A stretch of 64,000 bases of DNA from NCBI GenBank assembly GCA_029531755.1, contig CM055977.1, forward strand, positions 30,366,229 through 30,430,228, written 5' to 3'. The stretch comes from Holothuria leucospilota (lineage: Eukaryota). Of this stretch, positions 24,429 through 36,868 are shown one piece after another. Made by a program: the position numbers and the translations under genes. Numbering within the stretch: position 1 is the stretch's first letter; the number at the start of each line of letters is the position of its first letter. The notes below the pieces were generated by a model, which was not told the origin of the DNA, did not search any database, and was given only the letters and a program-made list of their open reading frames with translations.

Positions 24429-24757
24429 CCTACTCTTAGTGAGGTACTTTCATGTCATAGACTTGATTTACTTCTTGATTTTCTGTTGTGCCACAGCTTG
24501 CTTCCATTTTAATCTACTTGTGGGGAAGGTGATGGTTGCCAAAGATGGCATTAGGAATTCCTTCGTTGGGAAGAGGTGTTTGGCAGAAGAAATTCTGCCA
24601 TACTATTATAATATGTTTTGAGAAATAAATGACCCCTTTCCTATCCCCCCAATCATGGTACCACCTTTGACTGTTGTGTGGAACCACCCTTTTCCACTGT
24701 AAACATCTTCCAGCATGATCAAAATCAATCTCTAATACCCCCCTCTATTGATGACAG

Positions 24758-24910
24758 GTGGTGGAAGTGGTTCCAGCATACATTTTAAAGCCAGACCAGG
24801 GACTTCATCTCAAGGCAAACCACAACTGTACAGATGCCCTGAATAAACCACGTAAGGCTGGAGACACTTGGCTGGTGACCGGAGAGCAGATCAATAGCTA
24901 CATCCCAGAG
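24758..24910 (+). CDS. MVP: MVP exon (VVEVVPAYILKPDQGLHLKANHNCTDALNKPRKAGDTWLVTGEQINSYIPEIGE)
   Basis: Acceptor 'ttgatgacag' and donor 'gtaagt'. Matches MVP [20 protein letters not shown]...[23 protein letters not shown]. Confidence 0.88.
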
Positions 24911-25912
24911 ATTGGGGAGGTAAGTTAGAACTTTTGACTGGTGTCAACTTTTGTGGAAGTTTAGTTTCTGGTAGAACTGCTCAGGGTGGCACAGCCAAAG
25001 AGAGTGTCAATTTCACTCTTTTAGAAGGAGTACTATAATTTAGAACTACTTGTTTGAAAATGAAGTGTGAAAAAATTAGATCAAAGTTAGACTGTTATTC
25101 AAAATGCTTTTAGATAAGCTTTTAGGTATTCAATTCCCACTGCTGGTTGGACCTATGAGTATGTTTACACTTGACTTCATGTGTGTTGCTGAAGACTGCC
25201 CTCATTGTCTGTTTGGCAGTTTAAATGGAAACTTCTTCTGATTTGAACATTGTAATTTTAAGGCAATGGGAAAATAGGGTCAGTGGTGTGTTGTAGACTG
25301 AGTGTTGTGTCCATTTTGCTGTCTAAACAAGGATCGTGTTGACACCAGTTCATCACTGACCTCCTGCTTCAAGTTCACACTATCTTGTGTTCATTGTACA
25401 TGAACATATTGAACAGTCCCTATCAGTACATGTCTCCAGTTTCCTGCATTGCTTTGTCTCGCTGACAGCTGGGCTTCCTGCTGTTGATCTTGAGAATGAG
25501 ATGACTTGTGGTGATTATGTCCTTGTACTCATGAGAATGAATTTGTACTCATTCTGACAGATTTTGAAAGTTTCCCCATTGCTGCAAGGCAAACTTACTT
25601 TTGTACTCGTACTTGAAAAAAAAAATATGTGTAAGGGTTCTGGCACTCACAATGAAAGATACTGCACCTGCACTCGTAGTCAGAACATTGTACTGACACT
25701 ATAGTTTTGGTGTGAGATTATATTACATTTGGATCCAGTGCAAATTTGCTGCAGTTCAAACTCGTTGATGTTGATGTGGCCGGGGTGTGGGTGTTGAACA
25801 TTGTGCACAGGATTATGCCCCAAGTGTAAACCTAGTATTTTAGTGACATTTTTCCCCTATTCATCATTCTTTTTTCTATTTATGAAACTTCATCTTATGT
25901 CTTGGTTGCTAG

Positions 25913-26054
25913 GAAGTGGTCAAGGCTGTCCGTAAGACTGTTCTACAGAAAGGTCAGTACTGTGTTGTCTCCAATCCTGTCGATGACAAGGGCTGTTGTC
26001 AGCTGGGTAAGGAGAAACTTTGGAAAGGTGTGGCTTCATTTTTCCTTCATCCTG
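25913..26054 (+). CDS. MVP: MVP exon (EVVKAVRKTVLQKGQYCVVSNPVDDKGCCQLGKEKLWKGVASFFLHP)
   Basis: Acceptor 'ggttgctag' and donor 'gtaagt'. Matches MVP [48 protein letters not shown]. Confidence 0.88.
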
Positions 26055-26309
26055 GTAAGTACCTTTTAGATTCTGCTTAGTACACTGTTCTTTGCTTCTT
26101 TAAATAAAACATTCAGTTTGTGTTGCATATTATGGTATGAGAAACAAAGCCTGACCTTTAAAGTCATGATAGTGCAAGGAAATTACAAACAAGCGGAAAC
26201 AAATGTTTCATAATATCTTGTTTGGAGTTCCAGATATGGCTAGTTGTTTGCATCAATACGGGCCTGCCATTTGCTAAATGTTCTAAGAGTAAGAGTTTTA
26301 TGAGTCATA

Positions 26310-26621
26310 GCCATGGGCGTCCGCAGAAAAAAATTCAGGGAGGGGCAAAAATTTTTTAGGGGGGAAAAAAGCTCCTCGCAAGCATGGGTTGGCACGGAGT
26401 GCAAGAAAATTTTGGCCCCCAAAGCCTCCCACATCGCTGGAAATGGCACTTCTAAAGCCTATCTACTGCATATAAATAGGAGTAACAGTGGGTGAACTGT
26501 GAAGAAATGTTGACGTTAATTTTTCTTCGTTTTTTCTATATTTTTTCTTCGTTTTTTCAAATTTTTGATTTTCCAGGGGAGGGCAAGTGCCCCCCTTGCC
26601 CCTACCTGCGGACGCCCATGG
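26310..26621. mobile_element. MITE (about 310 bp) with 16-bp perfect TIR and candidate 6-bp TSD
   Basis: TIR 'ccatgggcgtccgcag' at 26311-26326 pairs with 'ctgcggacgcccatgg' at 26606-26621. Both ends are flanked by the direct repeat 'tcatag'. The interior is rich in 'gggggcaa' and 'ttttt' motifs. Confidence 0.6.
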
Positions 26622-27162
26622 TCATAGCTCCACAACAACTTGGACATTTCCGTGTAGTTCTATACTTTCGAATGTGCTAACATCTCAGTTATTTCCTTGC
26701 TACAGTCAATATGGAGAGAAGTTTCTTTACCAAAGTATTAACTTTTTTTGTTGTGAATTTTGAAGAATAAAGAGCCAACTACTCCAACTTGTAATGATGT
26801 AATAAATTGGTCAAAGAAAACAAAGTGGTACATTGTTATCTGATCTTTACAAGATAAGTTAGAGAATGTTACAGATGTCAACCATGTTACTTATTACCTA
26901 TTCCTATTCTTTATATAGAACAGCTTTTGTAAAATGTCAAAATTTAATATCTAATTTGGTTGCAAAGTCATGTCTTGACAAATCTGGACACTTATCATAT
27001 TTCTGATTCTAATGATATTGAATTGCTGTCAATTTACAGACATTAAAAATTCTAAACAAGATGGTATTTATTCCATATATGTGTCATCAGTGCAATCATG
27101 TAGTTTGAGTCATTAAGAAAGATTTGATGTGAAAGGTTTGTGACGTACTACTTCTACTTCAG

Positions 27163-27264
27163 GTGAGTCCATCAAGAGAGGCATCCAGGAGCAATTTGTT
27201 CTGGGATCAGATGAATCCCTAGTGATGCAGGCTCAGTGTGACTTTGTGGATAAGTCTTATGAAG
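27163..27264 (+). CDS. MVP: MVP exon (GESIKRGIQEQFVLGSDESLVMQAQCDFVDKSYE)
   Basis: Acceptor 'cttctacttcag' and donor 'gtaaga'. Matches MVP [32 protein letters not shown]. Confidence 0.85.
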
Positions 27265-28662
27265 GTAAGAGGGACCTTTCCACGTCCCCAAACATTTTTG
27301 TTGCTTTTCAGGGGAGGGGGAATGTTACCCAAGATGTTTAAATTTCAGGAAATTTTTCTTAAATGAGCTATTTTAAATGGATTGTCCTTCTATATAGCTG
27401 ACTGATATATTCTCAGTTTAGAAAATTTTTGGTGGTAATGGAAGTTTTGTGCAATAGTTCACCCTTATGTTAACACTTGTTTACCTGTCGTGAGGAACAA
27501 TAGATATAATACTGTATGTTTTTCAAGAGTGACAATTGCAGCATGCTGACCAGAGCTGAATTAATGAAGACTTAGCTCTTGGTTGCTGGAAATCATGAGT
27601 TGAGTGAACTGGGAGCTACTGTGAGCCAGCTGGGAGCCAAGCCCATAGTAAGGGGTGGGCCATTATCCATTTACCCTAAATCCCCCCAGAAAGTAACGAA
27701 ATCACCATTGCCTTAATACATGTTAGTATATCTCTCCCTAAAAAACATATTTCATCCACCCCCAGAAGCTATCCTGCCCCCGTTAGTAGCTCGTCTGGCT
27801 ACAGGCCTGCAAGGCACAATTTTGTTTTTTCCTATTGATATTTGTGTGATTTACTGGGTCTTCCCTATAACCTGTCTTTTCCTATATTAACTAAAACATT
27901 CATGAAGGCTTTTTTTAGTGCTAGGCTTTCTGGTGGATAGACTTGAGGGGCTACCCAACTCTTCTTTAGAGTCACAACTTCTGGCTGGGAACCAAGTACC
28001 ATTTCCACTTTCCTTGGAGTTGGCTGTCAAAACAAAGCACAGAAATCATATGTAGGGTTCACATTTGTGTTCTTTCACATGTTTTACTAGAGTGTTGTAA
28101 CAAAACTGGCTCTTGTTATCTTTTTTTTCCTTGATCGCACATTTTCCCTTTGGTGGATGCTAGCTTCCTTGGTGGTTGACAGTTTATAGTTCACCTTAAC
28201 CGTTGAAACTTGAAAAGTTTGCAGTAAAGGCCTTGTGGTGTAATAACATTCCTTAGTAGGCTAGTAGTTGACAGGTTATTAGTTGTGATGTCATTGTCCT
28301 GTAGAAGGTGCACTCCATTCAGAGTATCCTACGGCCAATTCCGAACGTATTGGAGTTGCTTCAAAAGCTTTGTGAAATTTGGATGTAGACTATGTTTAAT
28401 AATTCTTATAAGCAATCAGGTGTAAATGTGATTATTTTCTAGACCCGTCCTTGATTGTTGTCATTTATGGTAAAATTGTGCCTTCTGTGAAATGAGATTG
28501 TTCAGCTACATTTAGAGCCTTTGTGTGTTGGCTTACTTAAAACTTGTACATCATCTTTATGGGAGTTGTAATCTGCATTTATAGTGGAAAGTGGCTATTA
28601 TAGACAAGTGGTTGCAGCAAAAGATTTCTTAAGATTTTCATCTTAAACTTGTTTTTCATCAG

Positions 28663-28774
28663 CAAAAGGAGTTCAACGACGTTCTGGTGATAGATGGATG
28701 ATTAAAGGTCCCTGCTGCTACATACCTCCAATAGAACTTGAGATCATTGACCAGGGAGATGGGCAGATTGTCAG
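28663..28774 (+). CDS. MVP: MVP exon (AKGVQRRSGDRWMIKGPCCYIPPIELEIIDQGDGQIV)
   Basis: Acceptor 'ttttcatcag' and donor 'gtgagc'. Matches MVP ...[30 protein letters not shown]. Confidence 0.88.
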
Positions 28775-31700
28775 GTGAGCGGTGATCTCCATATCTTTAA
28801 GGAAAAATTCTGGGCATTTTGATGGAAAGACCCAGTATAAAGATAGACTCTGATCTTCATTTGGTATACCAGTGCTTCACCAGTATAAAGTACATTGGTT
28901 TTACTTGCCCTTTCAGACCATACTCTCTCTCTTAAAAAAAAAAAAAAACAACACCATCACCATTGAATTTAAAGGTAGCCATGGTATATTTCTTTGCCCT
29001 AGGATAAGTGGTCGGGTTTGAAGATATTTGACACACATCCTAAACAATTTTCCACCCTGCCTGGCCTAGCTGATTTGATCCACCATTTATCTTTGAGATT
29101 TCATGGATGGTTGGGCCGAGGTAATTTTATCATAAACGTACTTGCAGCACATGTTTACTGCTGGTGTTCATTCCTGTCGAGCATATGAATATGACATCAC
29201 AGAACAGAAAGTACGCCCTCAGCTTAGGTAAGGGCATAGCATTACAACTTAATTCAACACAAATACAGACAGCTTAATTTTTGTACCAGTGGGGTATGTG
29301 CCTGTCTACATGTCCATGCAAAGGTGACATTGTGTGAACAGTATGTGTCCCAAAATCATGAAACTTGTCTAGCTAGTTTGAATGTTTGTCCTTTAATGTA
29401 TGTCAGCATAACATAAGTGCATAGGGTGAATACAGAACTCTGGGCCAGTCAGTGGCACAAGCTTCAAAAACTATCAGTGTGTCATTGATTCCCGACAATA
29501 GATGTAAAAATAATTCGGAGGACAGTCGATCCTGTGTTCAATGGAGAGAAAAATCATGTAATGAATTGTGTGACAGCCAGCTGCCACAGTGGCAGATAAG
29601 ATTGATGTTAATGTCACCTAGCTTGGCTAACTTTCCTCCCATATTTCCTAGTGACCATATTTTGCCATGTGTTGAGCGATGGCTGTGTTGTGCCAGTACT
29701 ATGGTATGGTAGGCTGATGTGGGTTGTGAGGATGAAAAATTTGGGTTAAGGATGTCCATATAATTATGTCAGTTATGATAATATTACATGTGATGAAGTT
29801 TGTGAAGAAGAATTTAATAGACCTAGCCTAGGCGTAGGCCTAGGCCTACAATAGAAAGTTATTACATAAAAGCTTTAGGCCTAAATCTGGGCTTTACTCA
29901 GTATGGGTGCATGGTGCATACAATAATGAAAGGGTTAATTAACTTCTCTTTTTAAACTATTTATATATTTTAATACCATACACCCTATTTTTGAAATAAT
30001 GCAGGCCTTAAATTTTTGAAATAGGGCAAGCCTTAAGGCCAGTCATTTTATGCCACAGAGCAACCACAAATGTGAGCAGAATCCATAAAATTAAAATGAC
30101 ATGTAAGGTGGCCTCCAATTTGTTTTCGTGTGCTTAAAAGATGGAAACTTTTTCATTACAAAGATCATTATAGAGAGGAGAACCGCAGGTTACTCTTGAC
30201 TGAAAACCCCATCTTGCTATGAATCACCTGGGATTTGACCCAGATCTTCCAATTTGCGAAAACTCAGTGCTCCAAATACAATCACCCATACCAACTGAGC
30301 CATAGTTGTGGTTAATATTTACACCTTTCAAGTGTGAGTGTGGTTCATACCCTTCCTCTTTTTTCTAAGCCTTCATGATGCAGAGGAGGTATGTATTGCA
30401 ATCTTGTCCGAGTGGGAGAATTACTTCAACTGTAATTATCAAACCTATTATCAGTGTCATGGTCAAGTGCCATGGCCAAGAAGACAAGGGCAGTGGTTTT
30501 TGAAGCACTGAAGCTTAGAGATTAGGGGGCTCAGGGTGTGATCTAGGCAGGGTCATGGTAAGGTGGGTATTTCATCTAAGAGCTGTTGTCAATGGTTAAT
30601 ATCCATTTGAAATTACTTCTTAATTGGAAGATACCAAACTAGATGTAAATATTATGCTATAATATTGGAAGCCACCTGACAAAACTTTATAATTTATATT
30701 TCCTTGCAGACTTCTCCCCTATTTACACTGCATTGCCAGAATGGCAGATGCTCCAAGACATTTCCATTCACTTAATAGGGATCATGCATTGTGTTCAGTT
30801 TCGTAAGAGTATGAATGTATGTTGCAGGGAGGGAGGATGGAAGTAAAGAACTGTGTGTGTTTTTTTCAAAATAGAGTAAAGGACTATGATTAGTTGATAT
30901 TTCACAGCTTTCAGACTATGCTCTGAGATGGAGGGAGGTGGTCTCAAGTAGTGGTAGGGTATGGTTTGTACACTTGTGAAAATATGAAAAAGAAAAAAAT
31001 GACTTCTTATGATCCTCTGCAAGAAAAAGATTTTTTTTCTATAATGCAGCCTACAACTCATCAGTAGCTTAAGCCTAAGGGCCCTTGTGTTTGCAAAGGG
31101 AAATAATTCCGCAAAACACAGCTCATTAAAACCATTAACAATCTTATAAAAAATTAATCAAATCATTCTTTAACCTCTGAAGCTCATGACACCCACAAGA
31201 TCAAGCTTTCGTAATATCTCCTGGTAAGCGATCTCTTTAAAGTTGACAGACAGTGTTTGTTAAGTGAGGATTAGTAAATACACTTGATCATATTATGACA
31301 GCAAGGTTACAGCTTCTTGTCTTACCAGGGGATAGATTAGATAATACTGGATGGGATCAGATAAGATTTATAACATGCCATTATATGTTGTTATGTGGCA
31401 GTTTCATGTGATCAGTGTACGTATGTTTTATAACTGTCATTAAAAAAATTTTTTAAAAGTTTGTCTCAGTTAGAGAGGATAAGTGCAGATTAGTAAATAT
31501 GCTTGATCATATTATGACAGCAAGGTTACAGCTCCTTGTTTTGCCGGGGTTTAGATTAGATAAGACCGGATGGGATCGAATAAGATTTATAATGTGCCAT
31601 AATGTGTTGTTATGTGACAAATTCATGTGAATTTCATGTGTGTGTACCTATGTTTTATAGCTGTCATTAAAAAGCATTTTAAAAGTTTGTCTCAGTTAGA

Positions 31701-32282
31701 GACTGGTGGAACAAAACAATGTGGTGTTCATGAGTTGACCTTTGACCTTTAGCCTCTGAGTCACATCAAGGAGACGAGTGCTCTGGCTTGCCCTTTAAGA
31801 ATTCACAAAGTGATATCTTGCTTAGTAACAATTCATTTATTGTGTTGCACAAAAACTAATGCATTGCATGACGTTTTGGATGGCTTGTGTACTGGCTGTG
31901 TTAGCTTTTAATACATTTAGACAGTTCTACCCAGTTTTGGTTAATTATGAAGATTTCTTGAACTCCCAGACATTGCGTGGTGGTTCTTGATGCACCAAGT
32001 ACTCAGGCTGGTATTGTTTCTTGTGACATTAGCACTTGAAAGCATACGAAATCAGTTTCATTCATAATTTGGGCTTAGAAAAAAATTCCTACTTCCTACT
32101 TTTCATGCTAAGACAAGTTAATCCATATATGAAAGGCAAGCAAGCATGGTCAAGCACTGGTTCACTTCACTGCAACATGAAGAAACAAATCTTTATGGGG
32201 AGGTGCTTAGTACATAAGGGGACTCATCTTCCAGTTAATCCCACCTGGTGAAACTGAATTAACCTTTTCAAGTTTTACTTGT

Positions 32283-33785
32283 TGGTTTCGATGATAAGAG
32301 AAACCTATGCAACTGTGCTGGCGTGTGTATGTATGTATGGGTGTATGTGTGGGGGTGTGTGTGTGTACGTGTGTTTGTGACACTTGCTCGTTAACACGAT
32401 ATCTCAAGAAGGGAAACTCTGACACTTCTCAAACTTGGTGCATAGGTGCCCCATATTGAGAGGAAGAACCCTATTGTTTTTGGTGGGGGTCGAAGGTCAT
32501 CTGGGGTCACCAGGGGTCAAACTCTGAAAACCTTGTTAACACAATATCTCAAGGTAGAAAACCTGGACAAATTTCATACTTAGTAGGTAGATGTGTTATG
32601 GAAAGAGGAAGAACCCTATTGATTTTGGTGGAGGTCAAAGGTCATTTGGGGTCACCAGGGGTCAAACTCTGAAAACCTTGTTAACACGATATCTCCATGT
32701 AGGAAGCTTGGATATATTTCATACTTAGTATGTAGATGTGTTATAGAAAGAGGAAGAACCCTATCGATTTTAGTTTAGGTCAAAGGTCATTTGGGGTCAT
32801 CGGGGGTCAAACACTGAAAACCTTGTTAATACAATATCTCGATGTAGGAAGCTTGGATAAATTTCATACGTAGTATGTAGATGCCTTATGGTAAGGCAGA
32901 GAATCCGTTTTTTTTTGGTGGAGGTCAAAAGTCATCTGGGGTCACCAGGGGTCAAATGCTGAAAACCTTGTTAACACTATATCTCGATGTAGGAAGCTTG
33001 GATAAAATTCATACGTAGTATGTAGATGTGTTATATGAAGGGGAAGAACTTTATCAATTTTAGTGGTCAAAGGTCATTTGGGGTCATAGGGGGTCAAACT
33101 CTGAAAAACTTGTTAACACAATATCTCAAGGTAGAAAGCTTGGATGAATGTCATACTTAGTATGTAGATGCATTATGGGAAGAGGAAGAACCCTATTGTT
33201 TTTGGTGGAGGTCAAAGGTCATCTGGGGTCACTGGGGGTCGAACATTGAAAACCTTGTTAGCACAATATCTCAAAGTAGAAAGCTTGGATGAATTTCACA
33301 CTTAGTATGTAGATGCGTTATGGGAAGAGGAAGAACCCTGTTGTTTTTGGTGGAGGTCAAAGGTCACTTGGGGTCACTGGGGTCAAACTGAAGACCTTGT
33401 TAACACGCTATCTTTATGTAGGAAGCATGGATAAATTTTGTGCATAGTATGTAGATGAGTTATGGAAAGGCAAAGAATGCTATTGTTTTTGGTGGAGGTC
33501 CAAGGTCATCTGGAGTCACCGGGGGTCAAACCCTGAAAACCCTGGTAACATGATATCTTGACATAGGAAGATGGATGAATTTCATACTTAGTATGTAGAT
33601 GCCTACTGGTGAGAGGAAGAACCCTATCACTTTTGGTGGAGGTCATTTGGGGTCATCAGGGGTCTGGCCTTAAAAAAGTTTGCAGTCACTTCATACTACT
33701 GTAATTCCATGATACCATAGGTGTTTATGAATCATCGAAACCACAATGCATTTTTGCATTCTGGTTTTATTGAAACAGCAATAAT
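32283..33785 (+). mobile_element. Satellite-bearing composite element A: head, (TG)n, then about 150-bp monomers x8, then tail
   Basis: Head 'ttggtttcgatgataagagaaacctatgca'. (TG)n at 32323-32385. Monomers 'gaggaagaaccctattgtttttggtgg.ggtcaaaggtcatctggggtcaccaggggtcaaactctgaaaaccttgttaacac.atatctc.aggtag.aagcttggat.aatttcatacttagtatgtagatg..ttatgg' from 32430 to 33660. Tail '...gaatcatcgaaaccacaatgcatttttgcattctggtt'. Head and tail share the inverted 12-mer ggtttcgatgat / atcatcgaaacc. Confidence 0.75.
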
Positions 33786-33908
33786 TTTCTAATTTGTCTG
33801 TGGTGTTTTTTTTTCAATAATTTGCAGTCAGCCAGCTTTAATTCAACTGGTTCATTGAGTAATAAATTTTAATTTTATGCTATTTCTTTGTAATCCTGTT
33901 TTTGATAG

Positions 33909-33969
33909 GAAAGCCATTGCTTTGGCTGAAAATGAAGGCATTTATGTCAGGAATTTACAGAGTGGTGAG
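33909..33969 (+). CDS. MVP: MVP exon (RKAIALAENEGIYVRNLQSGE)
   Basis: Acceptor 'tttttgatag' and donor 'gtaaga'. Matches MVP PLDENEGIYVQDVKTGK. Follows a 5.1-kb intron that holds a satellite-bearing element. Confidence 0.85.
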
Positions 33970-35233
33970 GTAAGATTAAGTTCCTTGTTGTCATGGTAAC
34001 CAGAATTAATCTGTAGGTATCTTACACCATTGCACATAGATAGTACAGTAGCTTCAGAAGCCTGTAAGAACTGGTATAGATTGAAGATAGCTTGCTATGT
34101 TACCTGCAGCTAGATTGAAATAAAGTCATATTTCCTTCATTATCTGTATTTTTCTATCATTTATGCATCACAGTATACTAAATTTAAATTCACCAAAAAG
34201 CCTTCACTGGCTCTCAAATAGTTAACCATCTAGTGTTGAAACCAGTGTTGGAAGTCTAAGGCCAGCCTCAGCTTTGAGACCAGTTGTTGGGGTCTTGGCC
34301 TTGGGTACAAGGCCTGGACAACAATTATATGGGTGGAGATCTTGAAGCTGGTCTTGGCCCCCAGGCCAATTTCTGACCTCTGTCCTGTTCACAGTGGCCT
34401 CAACTACTCCTGTGGTAGAAACCAACTACAGACTGCAAGAAAGCATATTTCTTTAGTACTTGAAACTATCTTTTGTCGACAGTTGTCATGGTAGAGAGAA
34501 GTTTATGTTACAACTGTATATCCAAGCTTGTCAGTGTAATCAAACCTTTCTTTTTACTGATTAATTTTCATTCATCAATGCTGTGTTTTGGAAGTTTTCC
34601 TGCTGTACAAAGCTTATCTTCCAGCTGTTGTGAGTGTATTGCCATTCGTACACTAAAACTTCAACATAGGAAGCTACCATTGTTTTGCAAACTGTTGCAT
34701 GTCTGTAGATAGACCTCAGTTCCTTTTGCTTTAAATGCTATGTAAGTTGTGTTACTCTCAATGCCATACATCAAGGGGTGGGGAACCTCTGGTCTGTGGA
34801 ATATACATTCATCCAGCCTGAATGACAGTTCAAAATCCAAATTCTTAAAGTCATGAATGATTATTTGTAATCCATTACTCTACTTGCTTCCCATTTGCTG
34901 AAATTACATTTACGTAATATTTTACTCTGTACTATGTAATACTCCTACAAGTGCAGAAACCAAGTACATTGCACACAAAGCATGCTGTAGCATGCATGGG
35001 GAGCTGACCAGCATGTGAGATCGTTGCTTGGCCTGGGAATGATTTTGTTACAAGAAAATGGCCCTTGATATGAAAAAGTTCTCCAACCCTGCCATAGTAA
35101 GTTTATGTGTTGCTCATGCCAGAACCATTGTGTTAGCTTGACATAACGTTGTTACTGACTGTTATAAATTTCTGTCATTGCGTAATTAGGGTCATGTTCT
35201 GTACATATTTTTTGCACTTCCCCATCTTTTTAG

Positions 35234-35328
35234 GTGAGAGCTATCATGGGACCTCAGTCCTATCTGCTAACTGAACATGAACAACTCTGGAAGAAGGAAC
35301 TCCCAGAGGTGGTTGAAAAAATTTTAAG
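35234..35328 (+). CDS. MVP: MVP exon (VRAIMGPQSYLLTEHEQLWKKELPEVVEKIL)
   Basis: Acceptor 'atctttttag' and donor 'gtaata'. Matches MVP [32 protein letters not shown]. Confidence 0.88.
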
Positions 35329-35563
35329 GTAATAAAGAGAACATGAAATCAGCTGTTGTACTCATAAGCTAGGTAAGATTCCCAGGCACTTGATATATGT
35401 GGCTTGCCTGGAACTTTTTACAACCAGTTTAAGTTTTTTTGCATTTAACTTGTACACAGACTATTGATAAAGTCACAGTCAATGGTGTACAGCAATGTTT
35501 GCATCTTTGGAGGGTATGAAGAGGCTTTTCACTTGAGTTCAGTGCTTTTACACCATGCTGCAG

Positions 35564-35800
35564 TAACTGCAGTGGTCAAGTGGTTAGAGCATCTGACTTG
35601 CAGCCGGAAGGTCTAGGGTTCAAATCCTGGCCAGGTCATACCAAAGACTTTAAAAATGGAACCTACTGCCTTGGTGCTCAGCATAAACAATGGAGTAGGG
35701 AAAACAAGCCAGTGAGCCACAACTGGAAAAAAGGCTGTGGTCGTCTCGACTTGAACCAATTGGTTGGAAACTGGGACGTTAAACCTCATCTAACCTAACC
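35564..35800 (+). mobile_element. tRNA-derived SINE, copy 1, with 15-bp TSD
   Basis: tRNA-like head 'gcagtggtcaagtggttagagcatctgacttgcagccggaaggtctagggttcaaatcctggccaggtca'. Conserved body '...taccaaagactttaaaaatggaacc...aatggagtagggaaaacaagccagtgagccacaactggaaaaaaggc...ttaaacctcatctaacc'. Flanked by the direct repeat 'tacaccatgctgcag' at 35549-35563 and 35801-35815. Confidence 0.8.
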
Positions 35801-36353
35801 TACACCATGCTGCAGGTCACAACGCATGAAAACAAGGTGTGGTCAGCAGGACAGTAGATAAAATTGTGATACAAGGAAAGCACGATGCTCACAATGTCCA
35901 ACAAACAAAGGAGACGCATGGTTCAGTGAAATTGGTGAAAAACATACATCCAGTATATCTGGTAGTAGCTGTAGTAGTTAGGTATTGTAGTTTGTGTAAT
36001 GATGTAGACAGCAGGCTCAACTATTGTATTTTACTTTCTCTTTTTCATTATTTAGAGGGAATTGCATATTTTGGACTTCTCCTCGAGCTAGCACAACCTC
36101 TAGAGTTTCAGACTATTTTAAGTCCTCTTCATGAAATAATTGATGGAAGATGAAAAAGAAGACAGTAAAAAATATCTTCTGCTATTATTTTTCTTCTGAA
36201 TTCCTTTATTCCCAGCCTTAGTGATTGAAATTCTAGGGTACTGTTGGAATGCAAGTAAAGAGATTATCTGGAGTTGTTGCAAGTTTATTTCTTCTCTTGG
36301 CTTATTGTCAGATTTAAGTCATCTGCTTTTATTTGTCTCTCTTATCTTTGCAG

Positions 36354-36438
36354 ACATGGAGGTGGATACGGTGAAGGGGATATTCGAAAACTGGCCTACT
36401 TTGAAACTTCCATTGATACAGACTTTGCTGGTGACAAG
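36354..36438 (+). CDS. MVP: MVP exon (RHGGGYGEGDIRKLAYFETSIDTDFAGDK)
   Basis: Acceptor 'tatctttgcag' and donor 'gtaatt'. Phase-consistent. Corresponds to the variable linker region of MVP (human GQDPLADRGEKDTAKSLQPLA), so the call rests on frame continuity and splice sites. Confidence 0.7.
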
Positions 36439-36765
36439 GTAATTTCAGTATTTCAAGATGGAGTGTCTTCTAAAGTTTAGAGGTCAAAAGTTGGGTGTTG
36501 TAATTTGTTAAGGAGATTTTACATCTTTAATGAATGAATGTTACAATTATCACAAGATTAAAATGATAGCCAGTTCTGTTGCCATGAGGAGGTTATGGGA
36601 ATCGTGCCTCTCACCTGCCCTGAGGAGGTTGTAGGAAGTGTACCCTTCCCCGAATGAAACAAATGATGCAACAAAAATAGTCATGTGATTATTAACTTTT
36701 TGCATTTTGCCTCCACCTCTGCCCTCCCCCACTATTCATAGGAAAGCAAAATTGTGACAAGCATT

Positions 36766-36826
36766 TTTGGTTTCGATGAAAAGAGAAACCTATGCAGTCA
36801 TGATGGCGTGTGTATGTATGTGTGTA

Positions 36827-36868
<42 letters not shown>

